This document shows, piece by piece, positions 11,979 to 21,360 of a stretch of 64,000 nucleotides of DNA. The stretch is from Candidatus Avelusimicrobium pullicaecorum. GTDB taxonomy: Bacteria; Elusimicrobiota; Elusimicrobia; Elusimicrobiales; Elusimicrobiaceae. The notes beneath the pieces were generated by a model. That model saw nothing but the letters and a program-made list of their open reading frames with translations. It did not search any database and was not told the origin of the DNA. The translations under genes and the position numbers were made by a program. The DNA lies in assembly GCA_944322825.1 (NCBI GenBank), contig CALUQD010000001.1, positions 16,015 through 80,014 on the forward strand, given 5' to 3'. The stretch's first letter is position 1; every line of letters starts with the position of its first letter.

Positions 11979-12557
11979 ATGTTTGCTAATTTCAACCCGT
12001 GGCATCACGTATCGCCCGGTGATAAAAAGACTCTTCCGTATGTGGTAAACGGTATTATCGAAATTCCCAAAGGCACCCGCGCCAAATACGAATTGGACAA
12101 AGAAAGCGGCCTTTTGCGTTTGGACCGCGTGTTGTATTCATCCGTCTATTACCCGGCTAACTATGGTTTTATCCCGCGCACTTATGGGGCCGACCGGGAC
12201 CCGCTGGATATTTTGATTTTATCCCAGGCCGAAGTAGTGCCGCTGTGCATTGTGCCGGCGCGCATTATTGGCGTAATGCGGATGTTGGACAACGGCGAGG
12301 CCGACGATAAAATCATCGGCGTGGCGCAGGGCGACCCGAACGTCAGCCATTATACCGACATTTCCCAACTGCCCGACCATTTGGTGGCGGAAACGATGAG
12401 CTTTTTTGAAGATTATAAAAAATTGGAAAACAAGAGCGTCGTGGTGGAAAAAATCTTCGATAAAAAAACCGCTGTCCACATCTTGCAGGAAGCGTTTGTG
12501 GCGTACGAGGAAAAATTTGTCAATTACAGCAATTTTTCCGCTTTTTGCGACAAGTAA
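11979..12557 (+). CDS. ppa: family I inorganic pyrophosphatase
   Basis: IEIPKG, LDRVLY...[22 protein letters not shown]. Confidence 0.95.
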   Translation: MFANFNPWHHVSPGDKKTLPYVVNGIIEIPKGTRAKYELDKESGLLRLDRVLYSSVYYPANYGFIPRTYGADRDPLDILILSQAEVVPLCIVPARIIGVMRMLDNGEADDKIIGVAQGDPNVSHYTDISQLPDHLVAETMSFFEDYKKLENKSVVVEKIFDKKTAVHILQEAFVAYEEKFVNYSNFSAFCDK

Positions 12558-12635
12558 CCGCACGCGCTTGCCGACGGATTTTAAAGCTCCCTTTACCGGG
12601 AGCTTTTTTACGCCCGCATTACGTATAATATAGCT

Positions 12636-13142
12636 ATGGTTACGTTATTGGTATGGACGGGTGATATCACCCGGTTGCAAGTGGATGCTGTCGTCAACGC
12701 CGCCAACCGCACCTTATTGGGCGGCGGAGGCGTGGATGGCGCCATTCACCGTGCGGCGGGGCCGGAACTGTTGGCCGAGTGCCGCACGTTGAACGGATGC
12801 CAAACGGGAGAGGCCAAAATCACGCGCGGTTATCGGTTGCCGGCTAAGTACGTGATACATACGGTCGGCCCGGTGTGGCACGGCGGAAAATATGGCGAGG
12901 CCGAAAAATTGCGCGGATGTTATATCCATTCGTTGGAACTGGCGGAACAGTACGCGTGCCGGAAAGTGGCTTTTCCGTGTATTTCGACGGGCGTGTATGG
13001 ATATCCGAAAGCGCCGGCGGCGCAGATTGCTGTTTCGGCGGTGCGGGAAATGGCTTCGCGGTTGCAAGCGGTGCAGGAAGTGATATTTGTATGTTTTTCC
13101 CCCGCCGATGCTGGCTATTATGAGCAGTTACTAAAAAACTGA
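12636..13142 (+). CDS. macrodomain O-acetyl-ADP-ribose deacetylase (YmdB-like)
   Basis: [37 protein letters not shown]. Confidence 0.93.
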   Translation: MVTLLVWTGDITRLQVDAVVNAANRTLLGGGGVDGAIHRAAGPELLAECRTLNGCQTGEAKITRGYRLPAKYVIHTVGPVWHGGKYGEAEKLRGCYIHSLELAEQYACRKVAFPCISTGVYGYPKAPAAQIAVSAVREMASRLQAVQEVIFVCFSPADAGYYEQLLKN

Positions 13143-13201
13143 TGTGGTGTGCAAATTGAGGGTAGGCAGTGGAGGAGTGTAAACAAGCCAAGGAAAAAAG
13201 C

Positions 13202-13258
13202 GTCCCCAGTTTTTTGGTAATGTCCCCAGTTTTTAAATCATATACTGTCCCCAGTTTT
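13202..13258 (+). repeat. three direct repeats GTCCCCAGTTTT
   Basis: Exact copies at 13202-13213, 13222-13233 and 13247-13258. Confidence 0.85.
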
Positions 13259-13329
13259 GAGCTTGTTTTTTCTTAATTTACCTTAATACGCCTTAACACA
13301 TCTTACTATGTTCCCCGTCGTAAAAAGGC

Positions 13330-13365
13330 AAAAAAAGAACCCGCTTCTTCAAAGAAACGGGTTCT
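13330..13365 (-). terminator. intrinsic terminator, probably the pre-insertion tRNA-Ser terminator
   Basis: AGAACCCG..TTCTT/AAGAA..CGGGTTCT stem followed by a U-tract on the minus strand, just outside the att core. Confidence 0.7.
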
Positions 13366-13562
13366 CGTCTAAATACGGAGTGTGTAGTTTTGCCAGCAAT
13401 ATGCTATTAGCTTTTGGAGGCAAATTCCCTGATAAGCAGGGAAAATACAGGGAAAATGACCATTTGAGTCGATTTTTAAGCTCATTTTCCCCAGTTTTTC
13501 CTATACAACTTGCATAAATTCCCTAAAAACAAAACAGGGAATTAATTCAGGTTACAGAGAAC

Positions 13563-14072
13563 TTATTTAGGATTTATATTCTGCCCCTCCTGAAGCAGTT
13601 GTTTAACAATTTTCGAGGCTTGTTGGGCTGCCTGTGTCTTTAGTAATTGGTCAATTTGATGTTGAGGCTTATCAGAGGTGCGCGGAACCGAGGAAAGCCA
13701 TTCTTCCAATACATGAGTAAGAAGTTCTTCCGATTGGTTCGGAAATTTTTGGCTATATGCCATATAGATAAATAAGGATGGCTCATTAACTACTTTGCCA
13801 TAAGTATTTTTCAAGTATGACATTTGCGATGCAGAAAGTTCCTGTGCGTGATTTATGCGTTCGGTGTTTATATAAAATCCCAACAATTTCCGCTTATACT
13901 TTGCAAGGAATTCGTCTGTCCATTGCCTGATCTCTGCGGAAACCGGATAAGGGGTTGGCTGTTCCCTGGACAGCAGAAGGCGCTTATTCTTTTGGCGATT
14001 CAATACAAACCATACGGCCGTGCCAGCCAGAGCTAGTGCCACTGTATACAAAACAATATGCGTATAATTCAC
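13563..14072 (-). CDS. hypothetical protein with N-terminal TM anchor; last gene of the dynamin operon
   Basis: GTG at 14072 overlaps the upstream TGA, with AGGAG RBS; IVLYTVALALAGTAVWFVL helix. Confidence 0.7.
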   Translation of the reverse strand: MNYTHIVLYTVALALAGTAVWFVLNRQKNKRLLLSREQPTPYPVSAEIRQWTDEFLAKYKRKLLGFYINTERINHAQELSASQMSYLKNTYGKVVNEPSLFIYMAYSQKFPNQSEELLTHVLEEWLSSVPRTSDKPQHQIDQLLKTQAAQQASKIVKQLLQEGQNINPK

Positions 14073-16060
14073 AGTTTTTCTCCTATTCCTGTCCATTTAA
14101 ATTCTTGCTCCATTTCTTTGATTTTAGCAATTTCCTGATTCAGTTCTGTTATTCTGTTATTACAAGCAACTTTCTTTTGTGCTTTTTCAGCTTGAGATGT
14201 TTTTAAGTTTTTGTCCTTTTCCTCGAACCGATTATTTATTTCTTCGCCTAATTTATCTCTGGATACTTTTAATTCCATTTGATATTTTTCTTGTGCTTTT
14301 TCTTTGAATAACATTTCTTTTATTTGCTCCCGTATTTTAAAAAGAGGCTGCTCTAATTTTGCTATGATGTCACTTTCCAAATTGTTGGAGTTATAGAACA
14401 ATTGGGTAAAGAAATTAGACGGCATATATTCCATCAGGTCTTGACAAATGTTTTCGATAGGCAGTTTTATGTTACAACTGATAGTAGTGAAAAATTTATC
14501 CGCTATGCCGGTTTGCAGATTGTGATTGGTACAAAACTTATCTAATTCATTTTTCTGAAATACGCTAATTTCTTCCATTTGGTTCCTAAACTTGTTAATA
14601 ACCTGTCTTGCATTGCGTTCCAGTTCTTCAAGTGGAGCGTGCAACTGCACGATGTTCCTTCTCAAGGCCCTAACTGAACAAAATTGTTTCATCTGTTGTT
14701 CATAAAATTGCTTGAACACCGTGCCTAATTTCTCTTCAAAAGTTATACATAGGTTAAATATCTTGTCTCTGATAGATTTTTCTATTTTTGTATTTTCTCC
14801 TAACCATTCTTTGTTAAATGTTTGCGCAGCTATCAGTTGCTTTTTTAAGTCTTCCGCGGAAGTATTTAAATCTTTTATGGTTTCTTGCAGATTTATTTTT
14901 TCTATTTCCCGGTTATTAATCAGGATAGTATAGAGGTTAGCCATAGCGTCTTTGCAACGGGATAGGCGTTCTTTATCCCGCGGATGATACAATTTAGCCT
15001 CCAGTTTCTCTTCTAAATGGTCTGGGTTCCATACAAAACCCTGCGATTTTTGCAATTCCATTCTTTTGCGGACAAATGCATCAGTTTCCAGATTTTTTGC
15101 TATCATTTGTTCCGTCAGTACAAACAAAGAAGAATAACCGCAGAAGGTTTCTTCCGGCCCGAACAACCCCTCTTCTTTAAATCGAGGCTCAAGACCATAT
15201 TGCCTGAAGCGTTGTTTTACTTTTTCTAAGTCCGTCATATTGTTATAAGAGTCTATCCGATTAATAACAAATAGACGGTTGGAGACCGAAGTTTTAATTT
15301 CCTTTAATAAAAAATCCAAATCGCTCGCGGACGCTCCCTTTGCCGGGAACAAATATATCAGAGCATGGGTTTTATGAATCCATTTCAGCGTTTCTTTACT
15401 GTTGATGATATTGCTGTCTCGCAGGCCGGGGGTGTCTACAATCCGTATGTTTTTTATGTCCGGATGATGAATATAGATGGTTACATCTTTTACAAACGGT
15501 GTATATCGCCCCGCCTGATTATCCTTTTTATCTTCGGCAGCAGGGTCGGACACGAATTGCCCCAACTGGGACAAATTCCGCACCTCAATGGGGGTATGCC
15601 CAATCCAGTTTGATGCATATTCTCCGTATTTTTCCGCGACGGACTGGAGCCGCTTTTCCAACAAGTCTAACGCATTTGGGTCGTGTCGCTGCATGTATTG
15701 TTTTAATTCGTTGAATTCTTCCCGAGTATAAAAAGTAGCGGAAAAATAGTTTTGAGGTTGATCCGTGTATTCCAGAAATGTCAGTTTGGCAGTCATCGGT
15801 GTATAAAAAGCAGGAAGTATTTTATCCCCAAAGAGAAGTGCATTTAAAAAAGTGGACTTACCCGCTTTAACTACCCCGCACACAGAAATGGTGAATTTGT
15901 TTTCAAATAAGATTTTCAACGTTTCCTGCTGTGTTTGAAATGTATATATGGTCCCAGTACGTTTATCTGTAAATGGAAAGAAACCAGCCTTGTTTATCTT
16001 TTCCAATTCCTTATAGAGGCGTTCCGCCTGGGCATTATAAGTTTTAGTTAATACGGACAT
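14069..16060 (-). CDS. dynamin-like GTPase (LeoBC-like)
   Basis: G1 GVVKAGKST, G2 TPMTA, G3 DTPG, G4 NRID; helical/coiled-coil C-terminus. Confidence 0.88.
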   Translation of the reverse strand: MSVLTKTYNAQAERLYKELEKINKAGFFPFTDKRTGTIYTFQTQQETLKILFENKFTISVCGVVKAGKSTFLNALLFGDKILPAFYTPMTAKLTFLEYTDQPQNYFSATFYTREEFNELKQYMQRHDPNALDLLEKRLQSVAEKYGEYASNWIGHTPIEVRNLSQLGQFVSDPAAEDKKDNQAGRYTPFVKDVTIYIHHPDIKNIRIVDTPGLRDSNIINSKETLKWIHKTHALIYLFPAKGASASDLDFLLKEIKTSVSNRLFVINRIDSYNNMTDLEKVKQRFRQYGLEPRFKEEGLFGPEETFCGYSSLFVLTEQMIAKNLETDAFVRKRMELQKSQGFVWNPDHLEEKLEAKLYHPRDKERLSRCKDAMANLYTILINNREIEKINLQETIKDLNTSAEDLKKQLIAAQTFNKEWLGENTKIEKSIRDKIFNLCITFEEKLGTVFKQFYEQQMKQFCSVRALRRNIVQLHAPLEELERNARQVINKFRNQMEEISVFQKNELDKFCTNHNLQTGIADKFFTTISCNIKLPIENICQDLMEYMPSNFFTQLFYNSNNLESDIIAKLEQPLFKIREQIKEMLFKEKAQEKYQMELKVSRDKLGEEINNRFEEKDKNLKTSQAEKAQKKVACNNRITELNQEIAKIKEMEQEFKWTGIGEKL

Positions 16061-16078
16061 TTTTCTCTCCTTTTGGGT

Positions 16079-17668
16079 TTAACCTTTGCGTAAATTCCCT
16101 GTAGCATGGTTCATTTGTTGTATATATTTTTTTAACAATTTTCGGGTTATCTGTTTTAATTCTTCTGCGTGGCACAATTTCTGTCCCGTCTGCTCTTTCA
16201 TATAGGCATCTATTTTTATCGGAAAAATTAGCCTGCTACGCTGAATAAAAACATAATTGACTGTGTGAAAAATACATTGGATAGCCTTTTTTATTTCACT
16301 CTTAGGGACGCCTTTAGTTATCCATCTGGCATATTTTTCGGTTAATTCTGTTGTCAGATTTTTTTGAAGGGAAGAATTATCAAAAATTGTTTTGAATCCT
16401 TTTCTAATTTCTGGCGGCATTTTACCCTTTTTCTCCAAATAGCGATAGGTGTCTGTCTTATTCCAGGAATCATATCTCTCGTCAAAATAGTCCAAATTTA
16501 TCTCATAGGTGGAATCCTTAAAGAAATCCCACCAATTGTTTTGTTCTATCAGTAAACTATTGTCGTAATTGGTATCAGAATTTCTCAAATTTATTAGACA
16601 TTCTTCGGCAATCGTTTCAACCTGCTTTGTATAGAAAACTAACAGCTTGCGTTTATCTTCTTCTATTTCCCCTTTTACTTTCTCAGCTTCTGCGTTGGCA
16701 ATAGGAAGAACCTTTTGAAGGATATCAGCAATAGTTTGCTTCAATGCGTTTATTTTCTTTGTTTGTGTGTGCAATATATGCGTCAATTTATGTTTCAAGA
16801 TAAGCTGATAGCGCAATGCCATTTTTCCTAATTCTGCCTCAAGCTGTTTGCGTGACGATAGCAGAAAATCTTGCTCTATCCAATTCTCGGGGGAGTTAGA
16901 CGCATAAAAAAGCACATCTTCCAGTGGAATACCTTCTTGGGCACACAGCGTTTTAATATGCTTACCCACGAAGAGGCAACCTTCTTGTCCTCTTTTGTCA
17001 CTTTTATTAAGAACAATATACAATAGTGCGGGGTCTTGCTTCCGGCCGTCAAATAATTGTTTTAATAGATCCACTTCATTTTTTTCTAGTGTTCCCTGTT
17101 CGTCTCCAAGGAGATACAGTAAAATATTGGATGTTTGAAATACAAATTCATCTTCTGGCCGTTGCTCTTTGGCAGTTCCTTGTAAGCCTATGGTATCAAA
17201 AAAATCCATTTTTTCAAGTATTACGCTGGGGTATGTTATCAGGAAATGGTGCATTTGTTTTGGGTCTTGCACGGTTTGTGCATAATCTTGCGGCGTATAG
17301 GATTTATGTGTTTCATCTTTTATAGTCAGTTTACTGCCGTATGTAAAACAAGTAATCGTCTGTGTCGTTTCATTAATGTCCACCGGTGCTAGTTGCGCCC
17401 CTAACAGCGAATTGATAAAACTGGACTTGCCGCAGCTGAACACCCCCATCAAAGCCACCTTAATGTGTGCAGATTTTCGTTGAGCACATTCTTCCACTTT
17501 TTGGGTTATACCAGCTAGTTGATCATTCCATTGTTGGATAAATGTATTATTGGGACCTAAAAGTTGTTGGAAGAAATGCTTTCTAGCTAGGAGTTGGATA
17601 TCCGCTCTTACAGAGCGGATATCCAAATATAACTCCTCTATCTTGGCTGTTATTTTATTTGAATTCAT
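16079..17668 (-). CDS. dynamin-like GTPase (divergent third copy)
   Basis: G1 GVFSCGKSS, G2 NETT, G3 DTIG, G4 NKSD. Confidence 0.82.
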   Translation of the reverse strand: MNSNKITAKIEELYLDIRSVRADIQLLARKHFFQQLLGPNNTFIQQWNDQLAGITQKVEECAQRKSAHIKVALMGVFSCGKSSFINSLLGAQLAPVDINETTQTITCFTYGSKLTIKDETHKSYTPQDYAQTVQDPKQMHHFLITYPSVILEKMDFFDTIGLQGTAKEQRPEDEFVFQTSNILLYLLGDEQGTLEKNEVDLLKQLFDGRKQDPALLYIVLNKSDKRGQEGCLFVGKHIKTLCAQEGIPLEDVLFYASNSPENWIEQDFLLSSRKQLEAELGKMALRYQLILKHKLTHILHTQTKKINALKQTIADILQKVLPIANAEAEKVKGEIEEDKRKLLVFYTKQVETIAEECLINLRNSDTNYDNSLLIEQNNWWDFFKDSTYEINLDYFDERYDSWNKTDTYRYLEKKGKMPPEIRKGFKTIFDNSSLQKNLTTELTEKYARWITKGVPKSEIKKAIQCIFHTVNYVFIQRSRLIFPIKIDAYMKEQTGQKLCHAEELKQITRKLLKKYIQQMNHATGNLRKG

Positions 17669-17669
17669 A

Positions 17670-19391
17670 TCATTTATTCAGGGTTTGCTGAAGGGATTCT
17701 ATATCCTGAGAAATGGCTTGCTTATTTTTTTTATATTGTTCAAAGCTTTCCTTTCCTTTTCTCAGAAGTTCTTCAATATGCGCCTGTTTGTTGTTTAACT
17801 CTGCCAATATAGGGTTAATAACCTCTTGCTGGTAGTTGGTTCTAATACTTTCTACCAAAATCTCAGACACTTGCCAGGCCATTTGTCCTAATTTCTTTTG
17901 CATATGCAATTCTTTAAGGGCAGGTCCAAGCAAACGTTCTCCATAGGTAACAGGATTCAGTGAATCTACAACTTTTCCGAGAAAGATACATGCTTTTGCC
18001 AAAAAGCCTTTTTTTACAGCTTCCTTTCCGGCCTCTTTCACTACTTCCTTGCCTACTTGTTTAGTTGCCTGCTTTGCAGCTTGTTCGCCGACACCAGCAG
18101 CCATAGCGCCGCCGGCTGCTTCGGCCGCATTGCCTCCCAGGCTGGCGGCTGCACCGGCTCCAGCGGCCAATACGGCCGGGATTCCTACTGTTAAAGCCTG
18201 CCATATTATGTCATGGATCTCTAACAACCGTTTTACTTGATTACTTAAGAGATTTAACGCAGCAGTTGAAACTTGGCCATCTTCTAAATAACATTGTATC
18301 TTTTGCTCGCATTGTGCAGAAAGATTCTTTTGGAAATCTTCCAACACCGTTGAAAGTTGATCAGCATGAAGAGTAGAAAAAGCCGTCGTAAAAGTTTCTA
18401 GTTCCCGCAGAATAATCTGTTCCAGTTCTGCTTGTAGCTTGATAAGTTTCGTTTGTTGTTCTTGTTGGTTTTTCTTTACTATTTCAATGCTTTGTTGGGC
18501 TTCTTCAAGCTCTTGTGTCAGTTTCTGGCTATCATAGGGCAATGCTTGTAACTGTTGCAAAGAGGCAATAATTCCTTCGGTCAATCGGTGAATTGCTTCC
18601 TGTTTGTGTTTTTGAAAAATTTCCTGCTGTTTTGTCAGAATGTGTTGAGTAATATACTTGATCACATTGGTGCAGGAATTTTTGTCAGTAGCCACAATCG
18701 GTACAATTTTATTTGCGATGTTAGAAGCATGAAATTTCTTTTCTACGGCTAAATCTTCCAGTTGGGATAAGATTTTGGCCTTTACGTTTTTTACCCCGTT
18801 CTCCGGGAGAGTATCACTATGTGTAAGTGCAATTATCAGTCGGTCATGTAGACCTTCCAACGCCGGATGAAACAAAAAATTCAGCGTATCTTGATTGATG
18901 GAGCCTTCATTAACATCAATACACAGGATAGCCGCATCCAAAAACGACAGATAATTATAGGTAGTCTTTGTGTCTTGCTCGGAAAGTGAGTTTATGCCAG
19001 GCGTATCTATAAACACGCACTTATCAGGTAAAACATCCGTGGGTGGTATTTCTGCCACCGCTACACCTGGTTTATCCCCTTCCAAAATAGCGCAAAAGTT
19101 CATAAAAGAGACGGGCCTCCGGTCCATTCCTTCTTCTGCATAATATTCAATTTCGTGTGCCTCTTGGCAAGATTCTATCACGCAAATGGCTTTGGTTGTT
19201 GGATTGATATTGATAGGGAATTTGGTACCTAGTAACGAGTTGATTAAACTGGTCTTGCCTGAACTGAATTTACCAATAAACCCTATTTGAATTTTGGGGT
19301 TCATGGATTCTATTGCTTGAAGCTGTTTTTTGCTGCCTTCCAAATTCCAACGCTCTATTATGCTTTCCAGTTGTTGGTGCGTACTTTCCAT
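17670..19391 (-). CDS. dynamin-like GTPase (LeoA-like) with hydrophobic paddle
   Basis: G1 GKFSSGKTS, G2 NPTT, G3 DTPG, G4-like THSD; Ala/Gly-rich hydrophobic segment. Confidence 0.88.
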   Translation of the reverse strand: MESTHQQLESIIERWNLEGSKKQLQAIESMNPKIQIGFIGKFSSGKTSLINSLLGTKFPININPTTKAICVIESCQEAHEIEYYAEEGMDRRPVSFMNFCAILEGDKPGVAVAEIPPTDVLPDKCVFIDTPGINSLSEQDTKTTYNYLSFLDAAILCIDVNEGSINQDTLNFLFHPALEGLHDRLIIALTHSDTLPENGVKNVKAKILSQLEDLAVEKKFHASNIANKIVPIVATDKNSCTNVIKYITQHILTKQQEIFQKHKQEAIHRLTEGIIASLQQLQALPYDSQKLTQELEEAQQSIEIVKKNQQEQQTKLIKLQAELEQIILRELETFTTAFSTLHADQLSTVLEDFQKNLSAQCEQKIQCYLEDGQVSTAALNLLSNQVKRLLEIHDIIWQALTVGIPAVLAAGAGAAASLGGNAAEAAGGAMAAGVGEQAAKQATKQVGKEVVKEAGKEAVKKGFLAKACIFLGKVVDSLNPVTYGERLLGPALKELHMQKKLGQMAWQVSEILVESIRTNYQQEVINPILAELNNKQAHIEELLRKGKESFEQYKKNKQAISQDIESLQQTLNK

Positions 19392-19406
19392 ATTTTATTC
19401 TCCTTA

Positions 19407-20120
19407 TCATTGAATAGATGTTTTTAAAAATGGCATAGTTTGGGGAATTTGCCGTTCCAGTACGGTTCTCCATTTATCGGGCGAGAAAAACGCGCCCGGG
19501 TGCCGAATAGCAGTGCCAACGATGGTGCCCCAAGGACGGAAAATTTCAAAACGCGGTCTAGGATAAACGCCGCCAATGGCTTCTTTTTCCCAAGGTGTAG
19601 TGCCGGTTATTCGGAGCTCATCTGGCAAATTATCCAAATGATTGATTGCCTCAAATCCGGCAAAAATACAAACATCTGGCCGTAAAATATCCGCTACGGG
19701 ACAAAAAGAGTGCCAACCGGCAGCAAAATCGGCAGCCGTGGGACGGGCTGACGGAGAAGACATCGGCCGTTGGACAAAATTATACAAAGCAACTTTTCTC
19801 CATAATTCTTCCACTGAAGTGCCGCAAACTGGTGCCCCGGTCAGACAGATCGTCAGGTTGTCAAAGGTGTTGCTGTGCCAATCCTGTTGTATTTGCTCTA
19901 AAACAATCCGGCGTGTAAAATTCGGCTTAGAAATAGCTTCCAGGTTCGAACGCTCTTTATTGATATAGTGTGATTCCAATACAACCAATACTTTCACGGG
20001 GGCTGAGGAATATTGCTTTCCCGCCCACGGATACCAAGCTAAAGCATTGGCGCGAAGTTTTTCTTTAAATAAACGGTCAAAACTGGTATCTAAACAAACA
20101 TCTTTATTTGTGTAAGGCAT
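19407..20120 (-). CDS. uracil-DNA glycosylase superfamily-like protein
   Basis: PWAGKQY...VLVVLESHY, LYNFVQRPM, LRPDVCIFAG, C-terminal IRHPG; start 20120 has an RBS. Confidence 0.6.
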   Translation of the reverse strand: MPYTNKDVCLDTSFDRLFKEKLRANALAWYPWAGKQYSSAPVKVLVVLESHYINKERSNLEAISKPNFTRRIVLEQIQQDWHSNTFDNLTICLTGAPVCGTSVEELWRKVALYNFVQRPMSSPSARPTAADFAAGWHSFCPVADILRPDVCIFAGFEAINHLDNLPDELRITGTTPWEKEAIGGVYPRPRFEIFRPWGTIVGTAIRHPGAFFSPDKWRTVLERQIPQTMPFLKTSIQ

Positions 20121-20229
20121 ATGTTCCTTCCTATTTACCAATACCATTCTTCTTTTTTATCAATGGCTTTTGAGTATTGATTTTCAGCAAAATGACATTA
20201 ATCGTATCAGGAGCAATCTGTCCGGCCTG

Positions 20230-20801
20230 TTATTCTAATTCAGTCATATTGTCTGAATCAATGGCCGGCCAAACCATTGAAAAAACAAAATTGGTTGCAT
20301 TCCCGCCAAAGGCCAACAGGTTGTCTATATCGGTGGGAAACTCTATTGGCAACAGTTCATACAGAAACACCAGAAAAGGCAGTATCAGCCAACCGCCGTT
20401 GATTTTCCCGGCGCGGTGCATGAAGAGCATAATGGTTAAAAACAAACTGGCTGACAGACAAGTTACTGAAGAAAAATACTCATCCCTGCCAGGCTGATAG
20501 GCGCAAAGAGCACGGCCGCCATAAGCCCAACCGGAATGGGAAGGAAACAATCCAATACAGTCAATTGCTTGGCGTTATTTACCAAATAAACCGTTAAACA
20601 GGCAAACACAACAAACAACACAATTCCCGTCAGGATCCCTAATCCAACGCCATATTGTATTCCTATCCCTATCCACCCACCAACGGATAAAATACATCCC
20701 GCGGCAAACCCCATTATCCCGCGCAGGCAGCCCGCCATGCCGGCGGTAGCCTGGGAGACAGGCTTGCTGTTATGCCGGTATTTGTGCGGATTTTCTTCCA
20801 T
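20230..20801 (-). pseudogene. polytopic membrane protein split by a 1-nt frameshift (C-terminus DUF1232-like)
   Basis: ORFs 20463-20801 and 20230-20550 fuse if one T is added to the T5 run at 20472-20476 (giving MSIFSSVTCLSA...). Confidence 0.65.
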
Positions 20802-20832
20802 TATTTCCACCTCGTTTGTAATATTTCTCATA

Positions 20833-21066
20833 TTATCTGCTCCTCAGAACCCACTGCCTTCCCTGGGTGGTGGAATAATAAGTGCCTTTGCTGGTAAGTG
20901 CAATAATTTCCCCACCCACGACTTGCAAGTCCATAAATTTTCCTGCAGCCGTACCCATATAACGTATTACCCAGCTTCGTCCTGCATTATAAGAATATTC
21001 GATGTGGCAAGCGTTTTTCGGGCTGATACGGAGCAGTTCTTTTCCCAGTACAATCATTTGACTCAT
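20833..21066 (-). CDS. 77-aa protein with two Asp-box/BNR-like repeats; first gene of the operon
   Basis: AAGGAG RBS; YSYNAGRSW and YSTTQGRQW repeats. Confidence 0.7.
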   Translation of the reverse strand: MSQMIVLGKELLRISPKNACHIEYSYNAGRSWVIRYMGTAAGKFMDLQVVGGEIIALTSKGTYYSTTQGRQWVLRSR

Positions 21067-21095
21067 TGCGTTCTCCTTTTGAAACAATATAGCTA

Positions 21096-21130
21096 TATCC
21101 TACTGTAAAAGGCCGACAATACTATTGTCG
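21096..21130 (-). promoter_or_regulatory. putative WYL-activator operator/promoter
   Basis: Perfect palindrome CGACAATA-C-TATTGTCG (21114-21130); minus strand reads TGTCGG-CCTTTTACAG-TAGGAT. Confidence 0.75.
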
Positions 21131-21173
21131 CGTGATTATTCTATGATGAATACGAGGCAGGTGCGATGGTCAG

Positions 21174-21360
21174 AATAAAAAGCGGCGCGTTACGAGAGCC
21201 TTTGGAGTAACCCCTGTAACCGCCGCTTGCCTGTTTCCAAAGGAAACAAGCCAGAACGATTATCTTGAGGACTCCAAAGTGCTGTTAACAACTAAACAGC
21301 TCTGTCTGGCCCGCAGCCAGACTTCCTAAAATAATAAACAACTGCTTAAATTGTGTTACC
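21174..21360 (-). ncRNA. candidate structured small RNA
   Basis: Extended -10 TGaTATAAT (-10 at 21372-21367); several hairpins; terminal hairpin plus U-tract; no usable ORF. Confidence 0.4.

Noticed and set aside
12636-13142. Macrodomain gene as part of the defence island
   Set aside because: It lies outside the left att core (13372), has host-like composition and is an ordinary YmdB-type protein
13202-13258. Short repeats as a CRISPR array
   Set aside because: The repeats are 12 bp with 8-13 bp spacers and there are no cas genes; no CRISPR array was seen anywhere in the window
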